A stretch of 60,885 nucleotides of DNA from a virus (IMGVR_UViG_3300030419_000057:1-60885); one strand, 5' to 3'; positions 19,835 through 29,460 are shown, numbered from the stretch's first letter. Numbers and translations: made by a program. The notes: generated by a model not told the origin, from the sequence alone.

Positions 19835-20691
19835 TAGATAAATATTTCTGGAACGTCAGGTAATCTATTAACACGAGTTAAATATACTGGTCCTTTTTTA
19901 TAATCAAAGACACGTAGCCCATGTCCATTATTAGAATCAGACCAACACTCTTTTTTATAGGAACAATAAAAACAATTAACTCCTAGTTTGTAGTTACCAG
20001 ATTTACCATCAGGTATGTCAGTGTAACATTTCTCTGGTGGAGTATCTGATTTAACCATTCCTTTTAAATATTTTATCCTTTCTTCTGTGTTAGTTATTTC
20101 AAGTTCATTTAATTCCATGAAACATAACTCACCTGATAACTTATTCATTACAAGGAAGCCAGCTTCATTAGCCTTTTCTGCGGTAGCATAGGAAGAAAGC
20201 TGATCTAGATAACCAAATGGATCATCACTATATAAAGTTTTTTCTTTAAACTTTCTATATGACATAGCTGATGCTGACTTAACATCTACAAGTACATCAT
20301 CTATGCGACCATCCATATGACCTTTTATTCCACCTAGATTAGTTTCTTTTTGACGGTCTGTTACCTTGTGTCCTGCTAACTCTGCAAAACAAAAGATAAG
20401 TTCTTCTATAATATGACCATATAAAAATTTAATAGGATCATTATCTTTTAGTGGTTCTTTTTCTGTACTTTGAAATTGATACCACAATAATCTGTCAGGG
20501 TATCCAACATTAGACATACGTAACTTTGCTTTATCTATATCTTTACCTGTAACAGAAACATTTAATTGATCTCGTATGTTCTCCACACATACATTAATGA
20601 TTTCATTTCGTTTCTTTTCCGATAGCTTACATCCTTTATCTTCTTTAAAAAGATTATAGATGTCTTTAATCAAAGAGTTTATTTTTTTCAT
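19834..20691 (-). CDS. PD-(D/E)XK exonuclease (Cas4/RecB-like)
   Basis: LRMS, GHIIEE, GHMDGRIDDVLVDVKS, C-terminal CFYCSYKKEC. Confidence 0.78.
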   Translation of the reverse strand: MKKINSLIKDIYNLFKEDKGCKLSEKKRNEIINVCVENIRDQLNVSVTGKDIDKAKLRMSNVGYPDRLLWYQFQSTEKEPLKDNDPIKFLYGHIIEELIFCFAELAGHKVTDRQKETNLGGIKGHMDGRIDDVLVDVKSASAMSYRKFKEKTLYSDDPFGYLDQLSSYATAEKANEAGFLVMNKLSGELCFMELNELEITNTEERIKYLKGMVKSDTPPEKCYTDIPDGKSGNYKLGVNCFYCSYKKECWSDSNNGHGLRVFDYKKGPVYLTRVNRLPDVPEIFI

Positions 20692-20692
20692 A

Positions 20693-20738
20693 ATAAAAAG
20701 TGGGGAGGATATACATAACTTTATATACCCTCCCCCTC
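20693..20738 (-). terminator. Intrinsic terminator-like hairpin after ssb
   Basis: GGGGAGGGUAUAUA/UAUGUAUAUCCUCCCC stem followed by ACUUUUUAUU. Confidence 0.6.
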
Positions 20739-20749
20739 CAAGTTAAAGG

Positions 20750-21223
20750 TTAAGCTGAAAAGGGGATGTCTTCAGCTTCATCGGAAGTAAAACCGTCAGG
20801 GACTACATCAAACGCATCGTCCTCTTCGGTTGAGTACGGCACTAATTCGGTCACTTGTACCGCACGTAGATCGGCAGAAACACCAGTCTTCCCACCGAAA
20901 TTCCACTCAAACGGCTCATAAAGTACATTAACTTTGGAACCATTACCAATCATAGTCTCAGTGATCAGACGCTTGTTAGCATCCACCACATTAGGCTGAC
21001 GATTAAGAGAACCTTTAGCGTTACGAACCTTACGCTTGATCGTAACAAAGTCTTCTTTCTCATCACCTTTGTTCTTAACAGTTAGCCCATCCTTCTGAGC
21101 TTTCTTTTTGTTAAGATCATCTAGGTTTCCAACATCAATAGTCCATACACCATCAGCATCAAACTTGGTGTTAGGGGTGATAACGGAAGCCCAATAAGCC
21201 GTACCTGAAATTACTTTACTCAC
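20750..21223 (-). CDS. ssb: Single-stranded DNA-binding protein (T7 gp2.5-like)
   Basis: IGNGSKVNV, LRAVQVTELVPY, acidic tail ending EDIPFSA; GTG start with AAGGAG. Confidence 0.8.
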   Translation of the reverse strand: MSKVISGTAYWASVITPNTKFDADGVWTIDVGNLDDLNKKKAQKDGLTVKNKGDEKEDFVTIKRKVRNAKGSLNRQPNVVDANKRLITETMIGNGSKVNVLYEPFEWNFGGKTGVSADLRAVQVTELVPYSTEEDDAFDVVPDGFTSDEAEDIPFSA

Positions 21224-21260
21224 TATATTTCTCCTTCATATGAGGTTTGTTGATGATAAC

Positions 21261-21289
21261 AGAATAACAAATTGTGTTGTAAATGTCAA
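21261..21289 (-). promoter_or_regulatory. Sigma70-type promoter for ssb
   Basis: TTGACA-17 nt-TATTCT. Confidence 0.75.
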
Positions 21290-21315
21290 GCGTTATTTTT
21301 TCTCCTTTCATAATT

Positions 21316-21364
21316 CATATATCTCTAAGTAGTTACACTACGTTACACTACTAAGAGATATATG
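21316..21364 (-). repeat. Dispersed intergenic hairpin element, copy 1
   Basis: CAUAUAUCUCU-U-AGUAGU...ACUACU-U-AGAGAUAUAUG. Confidence 0.8.
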
Positions 21365-21868
21365 TTAGTCTGTTTCAGCCGTGTAGTGCCGACTTTTCTC
21401 ATGTTGTTCTAAAAATTTCAAAGCTCTTCTTACATTAGAAATAGTATCTCCTAGAAACCCTAACCCTGAGTTACATTTCCAACATATGTACCCTCTAAAT
21501 TCTCCTGTATTATGATCGTGATCTAATACAAAAGTAGCATTATATTTTTTCTCTAGTTTCTGGTCTGATACTAAGTCACTATAACTTTTAGTACAGATAG
21601 GACATCTATACGTTTTATCAGGTGAAGGGTGTATGGTTTTAAGATACCTGATTCTTTGTCTATTTATGTCAACACATTTTTTACATATATTTCCTTTTAT
21701 TATTTCTTCATTAGGTAAATAATTTGATCTAGTAGTACCATTTACAAAAGAGTGAAGAGGTTTTTCTATTCCACATTTATGACATACTCTAACTCCCTTA
21801 GAAGTATCTATAGATATTTCATCTTTAAAAAATTCTAATTGTTCTTCTTCTAATGTGTCTCTGCCCAT
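21365..21868 (-). CDS. Endonuclease VII-family (HNH-like) free-standing homing endonuclease
   Basis: CHKC, CKKC, CPIC and LDHDHNTGEFRGYICWKCNSGLG; overlaps the polA stop. Confidence 0.82.
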   Translation of the reverse strand: MGRDTLEEEQLEFFKDEISIDTSKGVRVCHKCGIEKPLHSFVNGTTRSNYLPNEEIIKGNICKKCVDINRQRIRYLKTIHPSPDKTYRCPICTKSYSDLVSDQKLEKKYNATFVLDHDHNTGEFRGYICWKCNSGLGFLGDTISNVRRALKFLEQHEKSRHYTAETD

Positions 21869-23511
21869 GTTACACCTACTTTATATTCATTATCTAAAGG
21901 ACATTTGATATTAAATATTTCTTCAGTCTCTTTCATAGCCTTCTTTGTTATGGTACAAAATTCTTCTATATCTTTTTTATGTACCTCAAACTGATACTCA
22001 TCGTGAATAGACGCAACTAGTTTAACATCAAGATTCTTTGAATGATCCATCATCTGAACTAACCATTGCTTACAGATGACTGCCCCTGCTCCTTGGATTA
22101 AAGTATTCAAAGCACTATGAAAGTTTCTTACATGAAGTTTTCTTCCATCTATACCAGGAATTATCTTATTCTTTTTAGCAGCTACATCTACTCGTGACCG
22201 TAGCTTTTGTAAAGCAGGAACATTCCGTAGGAAATTATCTATTAACTTCTGTCCTTCAGTAGATTTAACACCAGCTACCTTACCAATCTTCTCTGCACCA
22301 GCACCATAAATTAAAGCATAAAGGAATGTTTTGGCTTGATCTCTAGTCTCTAGATTAGCCATCTTTTGATTAGCTGTATGCACATCACCTTCAATAACTT
22401 CTCTGATATAATCTTTATCCCCCATGTAATGAGCCAAGGCTCGTATCTCTAGACCAGAAGCATCTGTACCTACTAGACTATAGTTCTCTGGATCAGGGAC
22501 AGTCCAACAGTCTCTACACTCTTTACCATATGGTGAGTATACGGCTGGTATCTGTGCCATGTTAGGACTATTATGAGCCATGCGTCCTGTTATAGTCTTT
22601 AATGTCATCACTCTACCATGAACTCTACCATAATTATCTACAGCAGCTATCCATTGTTTAATTTGTGATACTCTTTTTTGTAGTAGTAAATAGCGTGAAA
22701 TTAATTTAGCTTCGGGAATGTTTACTGTCTCTAGTATCTCATCACTAACAGCAATACTTCCTTTCTCTGTCTTTAACTTTGGCTTCCATCCTTTCTCCAT
22801 TAGTTTTTCTGCTATCTGTTGACGAGAAGCAGGGTTAAATTTATCTATATGATCTAATAAAGGTTTACCAGTCTTCTTATGAAACCTTTTAGTAACTACT
22901 GTTGGAAATGCTTTCTCTAACTCTCGCTCTAATCCATCACACTCATCTTGAAATTTATTCATTAGTGTCATAGTTCTTTGTTCATTAAGATAAAAACCGT
23001 TATCTTCTTGTTGATTAATTAACTCACGTATCTTATGTTCTAACTTTATAGATTGAGAAGAAAAGCTACTACCTTCACCAACTAAACGCTTTAATAATTT
23101 AAGTGTAACATCTACATCTCTATTACAATACTCTAACATTTGAGGTGTATATACTTTAAAATCCTCTGGTGGATTACCTTTTGGAAATCCTAGTCTCTCA
23201 CCCCATGCTGATAATGAATGTCCTTTATCTCTCATAGGATTAAATAACTGTGATAAGATTAAAGTATCCACAATATTAGACATAGGGATGTTAGCATCAG
23301 TAAGTTTATTAATAACTCTCCCATCAAATGATACTCCATTATGCATATAAAATTTATCTACTTTCTTAGACCACTGAGGAAAGATAGTATAGCACTCATC
23401 TTGTACGAACTCCTTTACTTCATTAGTCTTTACATCTCTTGCTACTATACAATGTATTTTAGTTGCATCAAGAGCATCAGTCTCTATATCAAGTACTATT
23501 CCCTTGCTCAT
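21850..23511 (-). CDS. polA: DNA polymerase family A (T7-like, with 3'-5' exonuclease)
   Basis: LDIET, HNGVSFD, TGRMAH..PNMAQIP, DASGLEIR, AKTFLYALIYG, IHDE. Confidence 0.95.
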   Translation of the reverse strand: MSKGIVLDIETDALDATKIHCIVARDVKTNEVKEFVQDECYTIFPQWSKKVDKFYMHNGVSFDGRVINKLTDANIPMSNIVDTLILSQLFNPMRDKGHSLSAWGERLGFPKGNPPEDFKVYTPQMLEYCNRDVDVTLKLLKRLVGEGSSFSSQSIKLEHKIRELINQQEDNGFYLNEQRTMTLMNKFQDECDGLERELEKAFPTVVTKRFHKKTGKPLLDHIDKFNPASRQQIAEKLMEKGWKPKLKTEKGSIAVSDEILETVNIPEAKLISRYLLLQKRVSQIKQWIAAVDNYGRVHGRVMTLKTITGRMAHNSPNMAQIPAVYSPYGKECRDCWTVPDPENYSLVGTDASGLEIRALAHYMGDKDYIREVIEGDVHTANQKMANLETRDQAKTFLYALIYGAGAEKIGKVAGVKSTEGQKLIDNFLRNVPALQKLRSRVDVAAKKNKIIPGIDGRKLHVRNFHSALNTLIQGAGAVICKQWLVQMMDHSKNLDVKLVASIHDEYQFEVHKKDIEEFCTITKKAMKETEEIFNIKCPLDNEYKVGVTWAETH

Positions 23512-24169
23512 CTAAATCTCCTGTCATTAAACATTCCCACGAGGTAGGGAAGTGTTCCCTAACTAATGACGATATCTCATGGGCTATAAACCTAGTCTCA
23601 AGTTGAGTATCTTTCTTACATCGTAAGTTACATACCCTAGCAAAAGCAGCAAGACTACCACTCCAATACCATTCAGTATACATAGCTTGTGGTAGTACCA
23701 TACGTGCCTGTTCAGGACAGATACCTTTGTTTAACATATTCTCATAACACTGAGTAACATATTCAATTAAAGGTTTCATATCATACTCAATAGAGGATAC
23801 TGGTTTACTACCTTGCTTCTTATTCTCTGCTCTCCCTCTAAATAATATAGGGTCAAAGAACTCTGGCTTGCTGTCCACATACCTACGTGATACCTCATTC
23901 CAGACTAATCCTACCTGATGTTTACCTAATTGTCTAGCAATAAATATTGGAGCCTTGATATGGAACTGTAAGTAACAGTGACCAAAGGGAGTCCAATGAT
24001 TATGTTTAGCTAGATACTTTATAAGATTTTCATCTTCAACTTTTAAATACCCTTCTATTGGCCCTGCATCAGGAACCGCATCCCATTCAGATACTTTATC
24101 AAAAGATACACGAGCAGCATTAACGACAGTTAAATCACTACCCATATGGTCAATCAGTTTTACTTCCAT
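23489..24169 (-). CDS. thyX: Flavin-dependent thymidylate synthase
   Basis: VVNAARVSF, HWTPF, APIFIARQL.KH, NEVSRRY, EQARMVLP, TQLE. Confidence 0.92.
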   Translation of the reverse strand: MEVKLIDHMGSDLTVVNAARVSFDKVSEWDAVPDAGPIEGYLKVEDENLIKYLAKHNHWTPFGHCYLQFHIKAPIFIARQLGKHQVGLVWNEVSRRYVDSKPEFFDPILFRGRAENKKQGSKPVSSIEYDMKPLIEYVTQCYENMLNKGICPEQARMVLPQAMYTEWYWSGSLAAFARVCNLRCKKDTQLETRFIAHEISSLVREHFPTSWECLMTGDLDEQGNST

Positions 24170-24659
24170 CTTTAACTCCTAAGTCTATAAGTTCAGCTTT
24201 AGATACAGGAACTTTAAAAAAGTATTCACCTTTTCTTACAGCCCTGTTAGGAACCTCAACGACAGGGGAGTTCTGTACGACAGTGCCATGCATCTTCCAT
24301 GCCTTCTTACAGTCTCCCCTAATAATATAGAAATAAAATTCTATATCTTTATTCTTTCCCTTATTCCAGTCATTACCATAGACTTGAGTTAATAATCTAT
24401 TCTTTCTAAAAGGAATGTTTATATCCTTCCATACTGTAGGCCAGTCTCCCTCCCACATATGTTTCATTTCAACTTCATGTTTATAGATTACCCCATCTAA
24501 TATAGATGACAAGTCTACACCATAATCTTCTTTAATCTCTAAAACTTTATGTCCTAGTGACATTAGATACTTGGTAATACAATCCTTCGCTAATGTATCA
24601 GACTTCTTATAAGCAATAGGATCAAACCGTTTACGTTTAGATTTCAAAGGGTATGTCAT
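24150..24659 (-). CDS. Hypothetical PD-(D/E)XK-like nuclease (likely start MTYPLK)
   Basis: YGVDL...HEVEMK pattern; AAGGAG upstream of 24659. Confidence 0.5.
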   Translation of the reverse strand: MTYPLKSKRKRFDPIAYKKSDTLAKDCITKYLMSLGHKVLEIKEDYGVDLSSILDGVIYKHEVEMKHMWEGDWPTVWKDINIPFRKNRLLTQVYGNDWNKGKNKDIEFYFYIIRGDCKKAWKMHGTVVQNSPVVEVPNRAVRKGEYFFKVPVSKAELIDLGVKDGSKTD

Positions 24660-26298
24660 TAATATCATCTCCTTGTTCACGCTCTGGATCAAAAGGGTTA
24701 TCAATAGAAGTCATACGTCCTGTGTCTTTATCATAGTAAAGGTGAGCAGCTACACCCGTATCCCCTGTGTATCTATTCTTTAAGATACGAATAACCGTAG
24801 TGTTAGCTTCAGTCTCATCCTCACTCTGTTGGTTACGCTCCAACGCTATGACCGCATCACTAAGATGTCCAATAGAAGCTGATCCTCTCAAGTGAGAGAG
24901 GGTTACTTCTTTACCTTCTTCAAAGCCCTTGTCACCTCCACGCCTACGTAAGTGAGATACTAACAGTAGCCCTATCCCTGTCTCCTCTACAAGAGAGCGT
25001 AGCTTGGTCATTAGAATATCAATGGACTTACGCTCATCTCCCATATCCTCCTGACCTGATACGAGGATAGACAGGTGATCTAACATGATCCACTTACAGT
25101 CTAATGCTCGTGCCATGTATCGTACCCTGCCTAGTATCTCATCGTTAGAGATAGAACCAAAGTGGTCAAAGGCAAACAGCCTACCAGTACCAAGCGTAGC
25201 TTGTTCCCACTTGTTAAGCTCTTCACGATTGAATTGTTCTCGTACTTCTTTGATATACAACCTAGCGTTAGCTTCCACTGACATAATATTGAACGCAGTA
25301 TTTCTCACGTTCTCTTCTAAAGCCAGAATACCTATGTTATCCTCTGTACTTTTTAAGATATGGTGCATCAGTTCTCTGATGATACTGGATTTACCCATAC
25401 CAGAACCAGAGGTAAAACATACTAGCTCTCCTGTCCTCATGCCATATAGCTTTTCATTCATACCTTCCCAAGGATAAAGACACGTATCACAAAAGTCTTC
25501 TTCATATAACTTTGAACCTAAGTCTCTGAGATTTATAATACCAGCAGGAGTATGTGGTGCAGCAGCCCACCATGCCCTAGTAAAGTCTTCTCGTTTACCT
25601 ACCATAAGGTATTCATTAGCATCTTTGAAGTCTAGCTTTACTATCTTAGCTTTGTTAGGCTCAAACAATTCAGCTACTCTAGCACTGGCCTTACGTCCAG
25701 CCTCATCGTTATCAAAACAAAGTATTACATTATCAAATGAATTAAGATACTCAAGGTTAGCTTTACAATCCCTTACGGCACTAGCTGCACCAGATTTTAT
25801 TGAAACACAGGGATACCTTGAACCAGATAATTCAAAGACAGACATAGCATCTACCTCGCCCTCACATACAGTGATATACTTAGCACTGGAAGGAGGAAAT
25901 AAATTCTGTCCGAATAGTTGACTGGAGGTTAGATCACCTTCAACAAAGAAATTCTTTGGACTTGTCTGACGTACTTTATTAGCTACATGACATTGATCCT
26001 TATCAAAGTAAGGATATATATGTTTGTTTTCTTTAGCTGTAACACCATACTTCTTAGCTGTAGCTAATGAGATGTTACGGCTTTTTAGTTCCATGCTCTC
26101 TCCTTTAGACAGAACATTATTTATTACACCTTTAATAGGTGCTGGTGTTGGTTGGCTCATAGAAAATTCCCCTTCCTCTCTGCCATACTGGTCACATTTA
26201 AAACAATACCAATGCCCATCCTCGTAGAGGACACGAGCCATATCTGCTCCACACTCGTCATGTGGTAGACGATCACGTACAATCTTATTACTATCCAT
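24637..26298 (-). CDS. DNA primase/helicase (T7 gp4-like)
   Basis: N-terminal zinc motif, TOPRIM EGEVDA and FDNDEAG, Walker A GSGMGKS, LDHL, LRGS, KNRYTG. Confidence 0.93.
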   Translation of the reverse strand: MDSNKIVRDRLPHDECGADMARVLYEDGHWYCFKCDQYGREEGEFSMSQPTPAPIKGVINNVLSKGESMELKSRNISLATAKKYGVTAKENKHIYPYFDKDQCHVANKVRQTSPKNFFVEGDLTSSQLFGQNLFPPSSAKYITVCEGEVDAMSVFELSGSRYPCVSIKSGAASAVRDCKANLEYLNSFDNVILCFDNDEAGRKASARVAELFEPNKAKIVKLDFKDANEYLMVGKREDFTRAWWAAAPHTPAGIINLRDLGSKLYEEDFCDTCLYPWEGMNEKLYGMRTGELVCFTSGSGMGKSSIIRELMHHILKSTEDNIGILALEENVRNTAFNIMSVEANARLYIKEVREQFNREELNKWEQATLGTGRLFAFDHFGSISNDEILGRVRYMARALDCKWIMLDHLSILVSGQEDMGDERKSIDILMTKLRSLVEETGIGLLLVSHLRRRGGDKGFEEGKEVTLSHLRGSASIGHLSDAVIALERNQQSEDETEANTTVIRILKNRYTGDTGVAAHLYYDKDTGRMTSIDNPFDPEREQGDDINDIPFEI

Positions 26299-26321
26299 AG
26301 TAGCTCCTCAACTCTAGCTGT

Positions 26322-26350
26322 AGGATACATCAATCAGGTTGGAATGTCAA
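26322..26350 (-). promoter_or_regulatory. Sigma70-type promoter for the replication operon
   Basis: TTGACA-17 nt-TATCCT. Confidence 0.7.
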
Positions 26351-26354
26351 GTGC

Positions 26355-26407
26355 TAACAGTTACTACGTGTTAGTACGTAAGTACTACTAACACTAGTAA
26401 CTAGTTA
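26355..26407 (-). repeat. Dispersed hairpin element, divergent copy 2
   Basis: Plus strand AGTTACTA-c-GTGTTAG-TAC-GTAA-GTA-cta-CTAACAC-TAGTAACT. Confidence 0.6.
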
Positions 26408-26590
26408 CCTACTGTCATATGTTTTCTTAATTATATTCTCTGTAAAATCTAAACTATCTGTCATAATTTCTTCTGTCTCCTGTTTAGCTAAACGTCTAGC
26501 TTCTCTACGAGAATATCCTTCATTTAAATAATCTTGTGTTAAGTTTTTAAATAAAGATTCTCTATCTTTTTCCCATAAATTTTTACTCAT
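26405..26590 (-). CDS. Hypothetical protein
   Basis: ORF track; coupled start. Confidence 0.6.
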   Translation of the reverse strand: MSKNLWEKDRESLFKNLTQDYLNEGYSRREARRLAKQETEEIMTDSLDFTENIIKKTYDSR

Positions 26591-26742
26591 CCTATCGTTC
26601 CCTTGCTTGATAATACTTTAATTCTTTTATATGCTTCTTGTAATTGTCCTTGTAAAGTATAAATATTATCTTCTAATATTTTTACTTTTGCTTTTAACTT
26701 TTCTAACTCTTCCATATTTTTTATCCATTCATAACTAGGCAT
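26587..26742 (-). CDS. 51-aa coiled-coil protein (not in ORF track)
   Basis: MPSYEWIKNMEELEKLKAKVKILEDNIYTLQGQLQEAYKRIK...; GGAG upstream. Confidence 0.55.
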   Translation of the reverse strand: MPSYEWIKNMEELEKLKAKVKILEDNIYTLQGQLQEAYKRIKVLSSKGTIG

Positions 26743-26748
26743 TATTTT

Positions 26749-27273
26749 TTAATCTCCTCCATAATAATAGAATAAATGTTTACCTATCTTTGTTATAAAT
26801 TCTAGTTCATATATCCAATATGGACTAACATAAGATGCATGATAGAAAGTAGCACCCTGTATTTCTTCATAGATAACACCATCAATAGCCATACGTGCTA
26901 CATCCTGTGCCGTCTTAAGTGCTTGTTTATCCTGCATAATTTCTGGTTTACCATCACACCAGTACGAAAAGGCACATTTATTTCTTATAGGATTTCCCTC
27001 CCAATATCTTCCATCATGTACAACTTCACATACAGTTGATGGAAATCTACTATCTCTAACTCGTTCTAATATTACATTAGCTACTGCTAATTGTCCAATA
27101 AAACTTTCACTTCTTGCTTCAAAATATACAGCTTCAGTTAAACATTCTTCATCAGTTGGTTGAGCTTCAGCTTTATTTATTAGCGTTAATGTTGCAAAGA
27201 AAATTGCAATAGTAATCATACTAATAAATAATATTTTAAAAGAAGTACTATACTTTATGTGCGACTTATCCAT
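26749..27273 (-). CDS. Cell wall hydrolase, SleB/Hydrolase_2 family, with N-terminal membrane anchor
   Basis: CLTEAVYFEARSE, VANVILERV, FPSTVCEVV, FSYWCDG, GATFYHA, IGKHLFY. Confidence 0.88.
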   Translation of the reverse strand: MDKSHIKYSTSFKILFISMITIAIFFATLTLINKAEAQPTDEECLTEAVYFEARSESFIGQLAVANVILERVRDSRFPSTVCEVVHDGRYWEGNPIRNKCAFSYWCDGKPEIMQDKQALKTAQDVARMAIDGVIYEEIQGATFYHASYVSPYWIYELEFITKIGKHLFYYYGGD

Positions 27274-27557
27274 ACTACTCTCCCTTCTTGATCTTGACCA
27301 TAGAAATTATCTATCCAGTCTCCATGCTTGAGGTAGTGCCTCATGTGTTTTATATATCCTTCACATGAGGCACGATTAGCAATAGCTCCTTTTATATTCT
27401 GTCGTTCTTGTTTACGATACTCACCCACTAAGGATTGATTGTGGGTTATCCAATCCATCACTTTCAAGTAGTGGATAGGATGATCCTTTGACATTTTTCT
27501 TATTGATGGGTGTATCCCCTTTAGCGATACGCTCTGCCCTTTCTTCTTGCCACGCAT
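27255..27557 (-). CDS. Hypothetical phage protein
   Basis: AAGGAG/GAGG upstream; IHPSI...EGYIKHMRHYLKHGDWIDNFYG. Confidence 0.6.
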   Translation of the reverse strand: MRGKKKGQSVSLKGIHPSIRKMSKDHPIHYLKVMDWITHNQSLVGEYRKQERQNIKGAIANRASCEGYIKHMRHYLKHGDWIDNFYGQDQEGRVVWISRT

Positions 27558-27789
27558 CCTCTAACTCCTTTATCTTTTTATCATCATATCCCAGGATATC
27601 TACTGTTAAGATACCCCATGCTATATCCTTTTCAGCAGGGGTTAGCTGTTGTTCTTCAACAATCTCAGCTAACATCTTACGCCCATCCCATCCTCTGACA
27701 GGTGAGGCTTTACCCTGTGCCATCTTCTCTAGGAAGATAGCTTTTACTCCATCCATAAATGGAATGTAATCTGTTTTATTTAAGTCCAT
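27421..27789 (-). CDS. Hypothetical protein (overlaps next gene by 137 nt)
   Basis: AGGAG SD; ORF track. Confidence 0.5.
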   Translation of the reverse strand: MDLNKTDYIPFMDGVKAIFLEKMAQGKASPVRGWDGRKMLAEIVEEQQLTPAEKDIAWGILTVDILGYDDKKIKELEDAWQEERAERIAKGDTPINKKNVKGSSYPLLESDGLDNPQSILSG

Positions 27790-27790
27790 C

Positions 27791-28012
27791 TCACCACTCC
27801 TCTATTTCGTTTGATACCTCATTTAGATATCCATCTTTATCTATCTCAAAGACATCACCTATTTTAAAGTCTCCTGTTCCCCATCCAACATCTGCAATCC
27901 ATTCGCCTCCATCTATCTCTTCCGCTTTATCTCTAGCTTCAGTAGGATTACTAGCTTCTATATCTATGTGTAAATCAGTATACATTGTGGCTGTTACTCT
28001 ATACTTTGGCAT
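27791..28012 (-). CDS. Hypothetical acidic protein
   Basis: ORF track; GGAG upstream. Confidence 0.6.
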   Translation of the reverse strand: MPKYRVTATMYTDLHIDIEASNPTEARDKAEEIDGGEWIADVGWGTGDFKIGDVFEIDKDGYLNEVSNEIEEW

Positions 28013-28014
28013 CT

Positions 28015-28188
28015 CTAATCTCCAAATATAATATTAAAACCTTTGTTAGCAATAAATTCTAAAGCACTATGCTCTGTCTCATCAGCATTGATAGCTGACC
28101 AAGGCTGAAAGTCTGGGTCAATCCAACCCAAACTCTCAGCATCTTCTATGGTTTTACCATAAGATTTATACAGATATTCTTTCTGCAT
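28015..28188 (-). CDS. 57-aa hypothetical protein (not in ORF track)
   Basis: MQKEYLYKSYGKTIEDAESLGWIDPDF...; fills the gap with a coupled start. Confidence 0.55.
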   Translation of the reverse strand: MQKEYLYKSYGKTIEDAESLGWIDPDFQPWSAINADETEHSALEFIANKGFNIIFGD

Positions 28189-28358
28189 TACTCATCTCCA
28201 GTGTCTAGAACTTCATATAAATAATCTTCACACTGTTCAATTATACGAGCAAGCTCTTTATGTCCATGATTTGCAGCATCATCATACATTTCTTTGAATG
28301 TACCTAAAGTTTTTAATGCCCACTCTCTTTCTTTTATTGCAGCCTCATATAAATTCAT
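28188..28358 (-). CDS. 56-aa hypothetical protein (not in ORF track)
   Basis: MNLYEAAIKEREWALK...; ATGA overlap with upstream stop and GGAG SD. Confidence 0.55.
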   Translation of the reverse strand: MNLYEAAIKEREWALKTLGTFKEMYDDAANHGHKELARIIEQCEDYLYEVLDTGDE

Positions 28359-29311
28359 CTCAATTCTCCAGTTTCTTCGTAGTAATCAATCATAATGGGC
28401 CTTGTCCACTCCTTAGAGCGTAGCATCTTACGTACCCTTTCTTCACGCATCACCCTTACATTTTGTAAGTTCTCTGATCGTGCTTTAGCTTGGCCTTTAT
28501 TTGTATGTGTAGACCAGTGCGTAGCTGCTTGGTAAGCAGTCCATAGACTACCTACATCCTGCTTATTCTTTCCTTCATACAAAGCCTTGCCGTGACAGTG
28601 ACGGTTCTCTTGGTCAAAGATGTTCATCAGGTGAGAGAGAATAACTTTGTTATGTTTATTCTTACGGGTCACATTATCAGTACGCTTTGCTAATGTAGCC
28701 TTGAATAATTTTACCGCATCGTCACGGTGTAAGGGAGTGTTAAACCATTCCTTCATTTCTTTGATGGCATCTCCTCTAATATATTCTCCTGCATTTTTTA
28801 TCTTCGCAGTAAAAGCAGGGAGGTTAAAACCTTTGGTATGCCTACCATAGACATAAGCCAGCTTGTTGCCAGACACTAGACTATTCCAGCATGAGCTTCT
28901 CCATAGTCCCATCATTCCATTGTTAGCCCACGTTCCATCCTGACTAGTACGAAACTTGAACTCTGGTTTTACCACACCCACTCCATCTATGCTTGTTTCA
29001 TGGGCAGGGAAGTCTGCAATTAATTCTAATTGTGCTCCACCTCTGTAGACTTTAGTTTCAAACCTAGCATTAGTTAAATCCATACCAGATTTGGCAATAG
29101 CATTTTCTATGTCTTGTACTGTAGTCTTATACTGCATCACTTCGTACCTGTCTTTAACTACAGCAAAAGGTTTCTTGTTATCCTTCCTTCGGAGCAAGGA
29201 ACCTACATCTGATCCCACTTGTGGAAAATAATCTCCTCTTGATTCATACTGATACAGTGGAACTTTCTCTACTTCAAAATCTATTACATCGTGGTTAAAC
29301 ATCGTTGTCAT
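28355..29311 (-). CDS. DUF932-like protein
   Basis: VVKDRYEVMQ, TSQDGT, CWNSL, RHTKG, SLWTAYQAATHWSTH. Confidence 0.65.
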   Translation of the reverse strand: MTTMFNHDVIDFEVEKVPLYQYESRGDYFPQVGSDVGSLLRRKDNKKPFAVVKDRYEVMQYKTTVQDIENAIAKSGMDLTNARFETKVYRGGAQLELIADFPAHETSIDGVGVVKPEFKFRTSQDGTWANNGMMGLWRSSCWNSLVSGNKLAYVYGRHTKGFNLPAFTAKIKNAGEYIRGDAIKEMKEWFNTPLHRDDAVKLFKATLAKRTDNVTRKNKHNKVILSHLMNIFDQENRHCHGKALYEGKNKQDVGSLWTAYQAATHWSTHTNKGQAKARSENLQNVRVMREERVRKMLRSKEWTRPIMIDYYEETGELR

Positions 29312-29459
29312 AATACCATTCCTCTTGGTTATTTAAAAAATCATTGATATCTTTAATATCAATATCGTCAACGTCTTCTGCACCACTAACTGTCATTATA
29401 TAATCATAGACATTTAGTGGCAAGTCTTTTGTATTTCTATAGTTGAAAGGGTAACTCAT
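29295..29459 (-). CDS. 54-aa acidic hypothetical protein (not in ORF track)
   Basis: MSYPFNYRNTKDLPLNVYDY...; GAGGA SD. Confidence 0.5.
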   Translation of the reverse strand: MSYPFNYRNTKDLPLNVYDYIMTVSGAEDVDDIDIKDINDFLNNQEEWYYDNDV

Positions 29460-29460
29460 A

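Noticed and set aside
19834-20691. Cas4-like protein as part of a CRISPR system
   Set aside because: It lies in the replication module next to ssb with no array or other cas genes; a typical phage exonuclease
12267-27769. Plus-strand ORFs within the replication arm (for example 13052-13546, 17839-18303, 25085-25477)
   Set aside because: Antisense to well-supported genes, with no recognisable motifs
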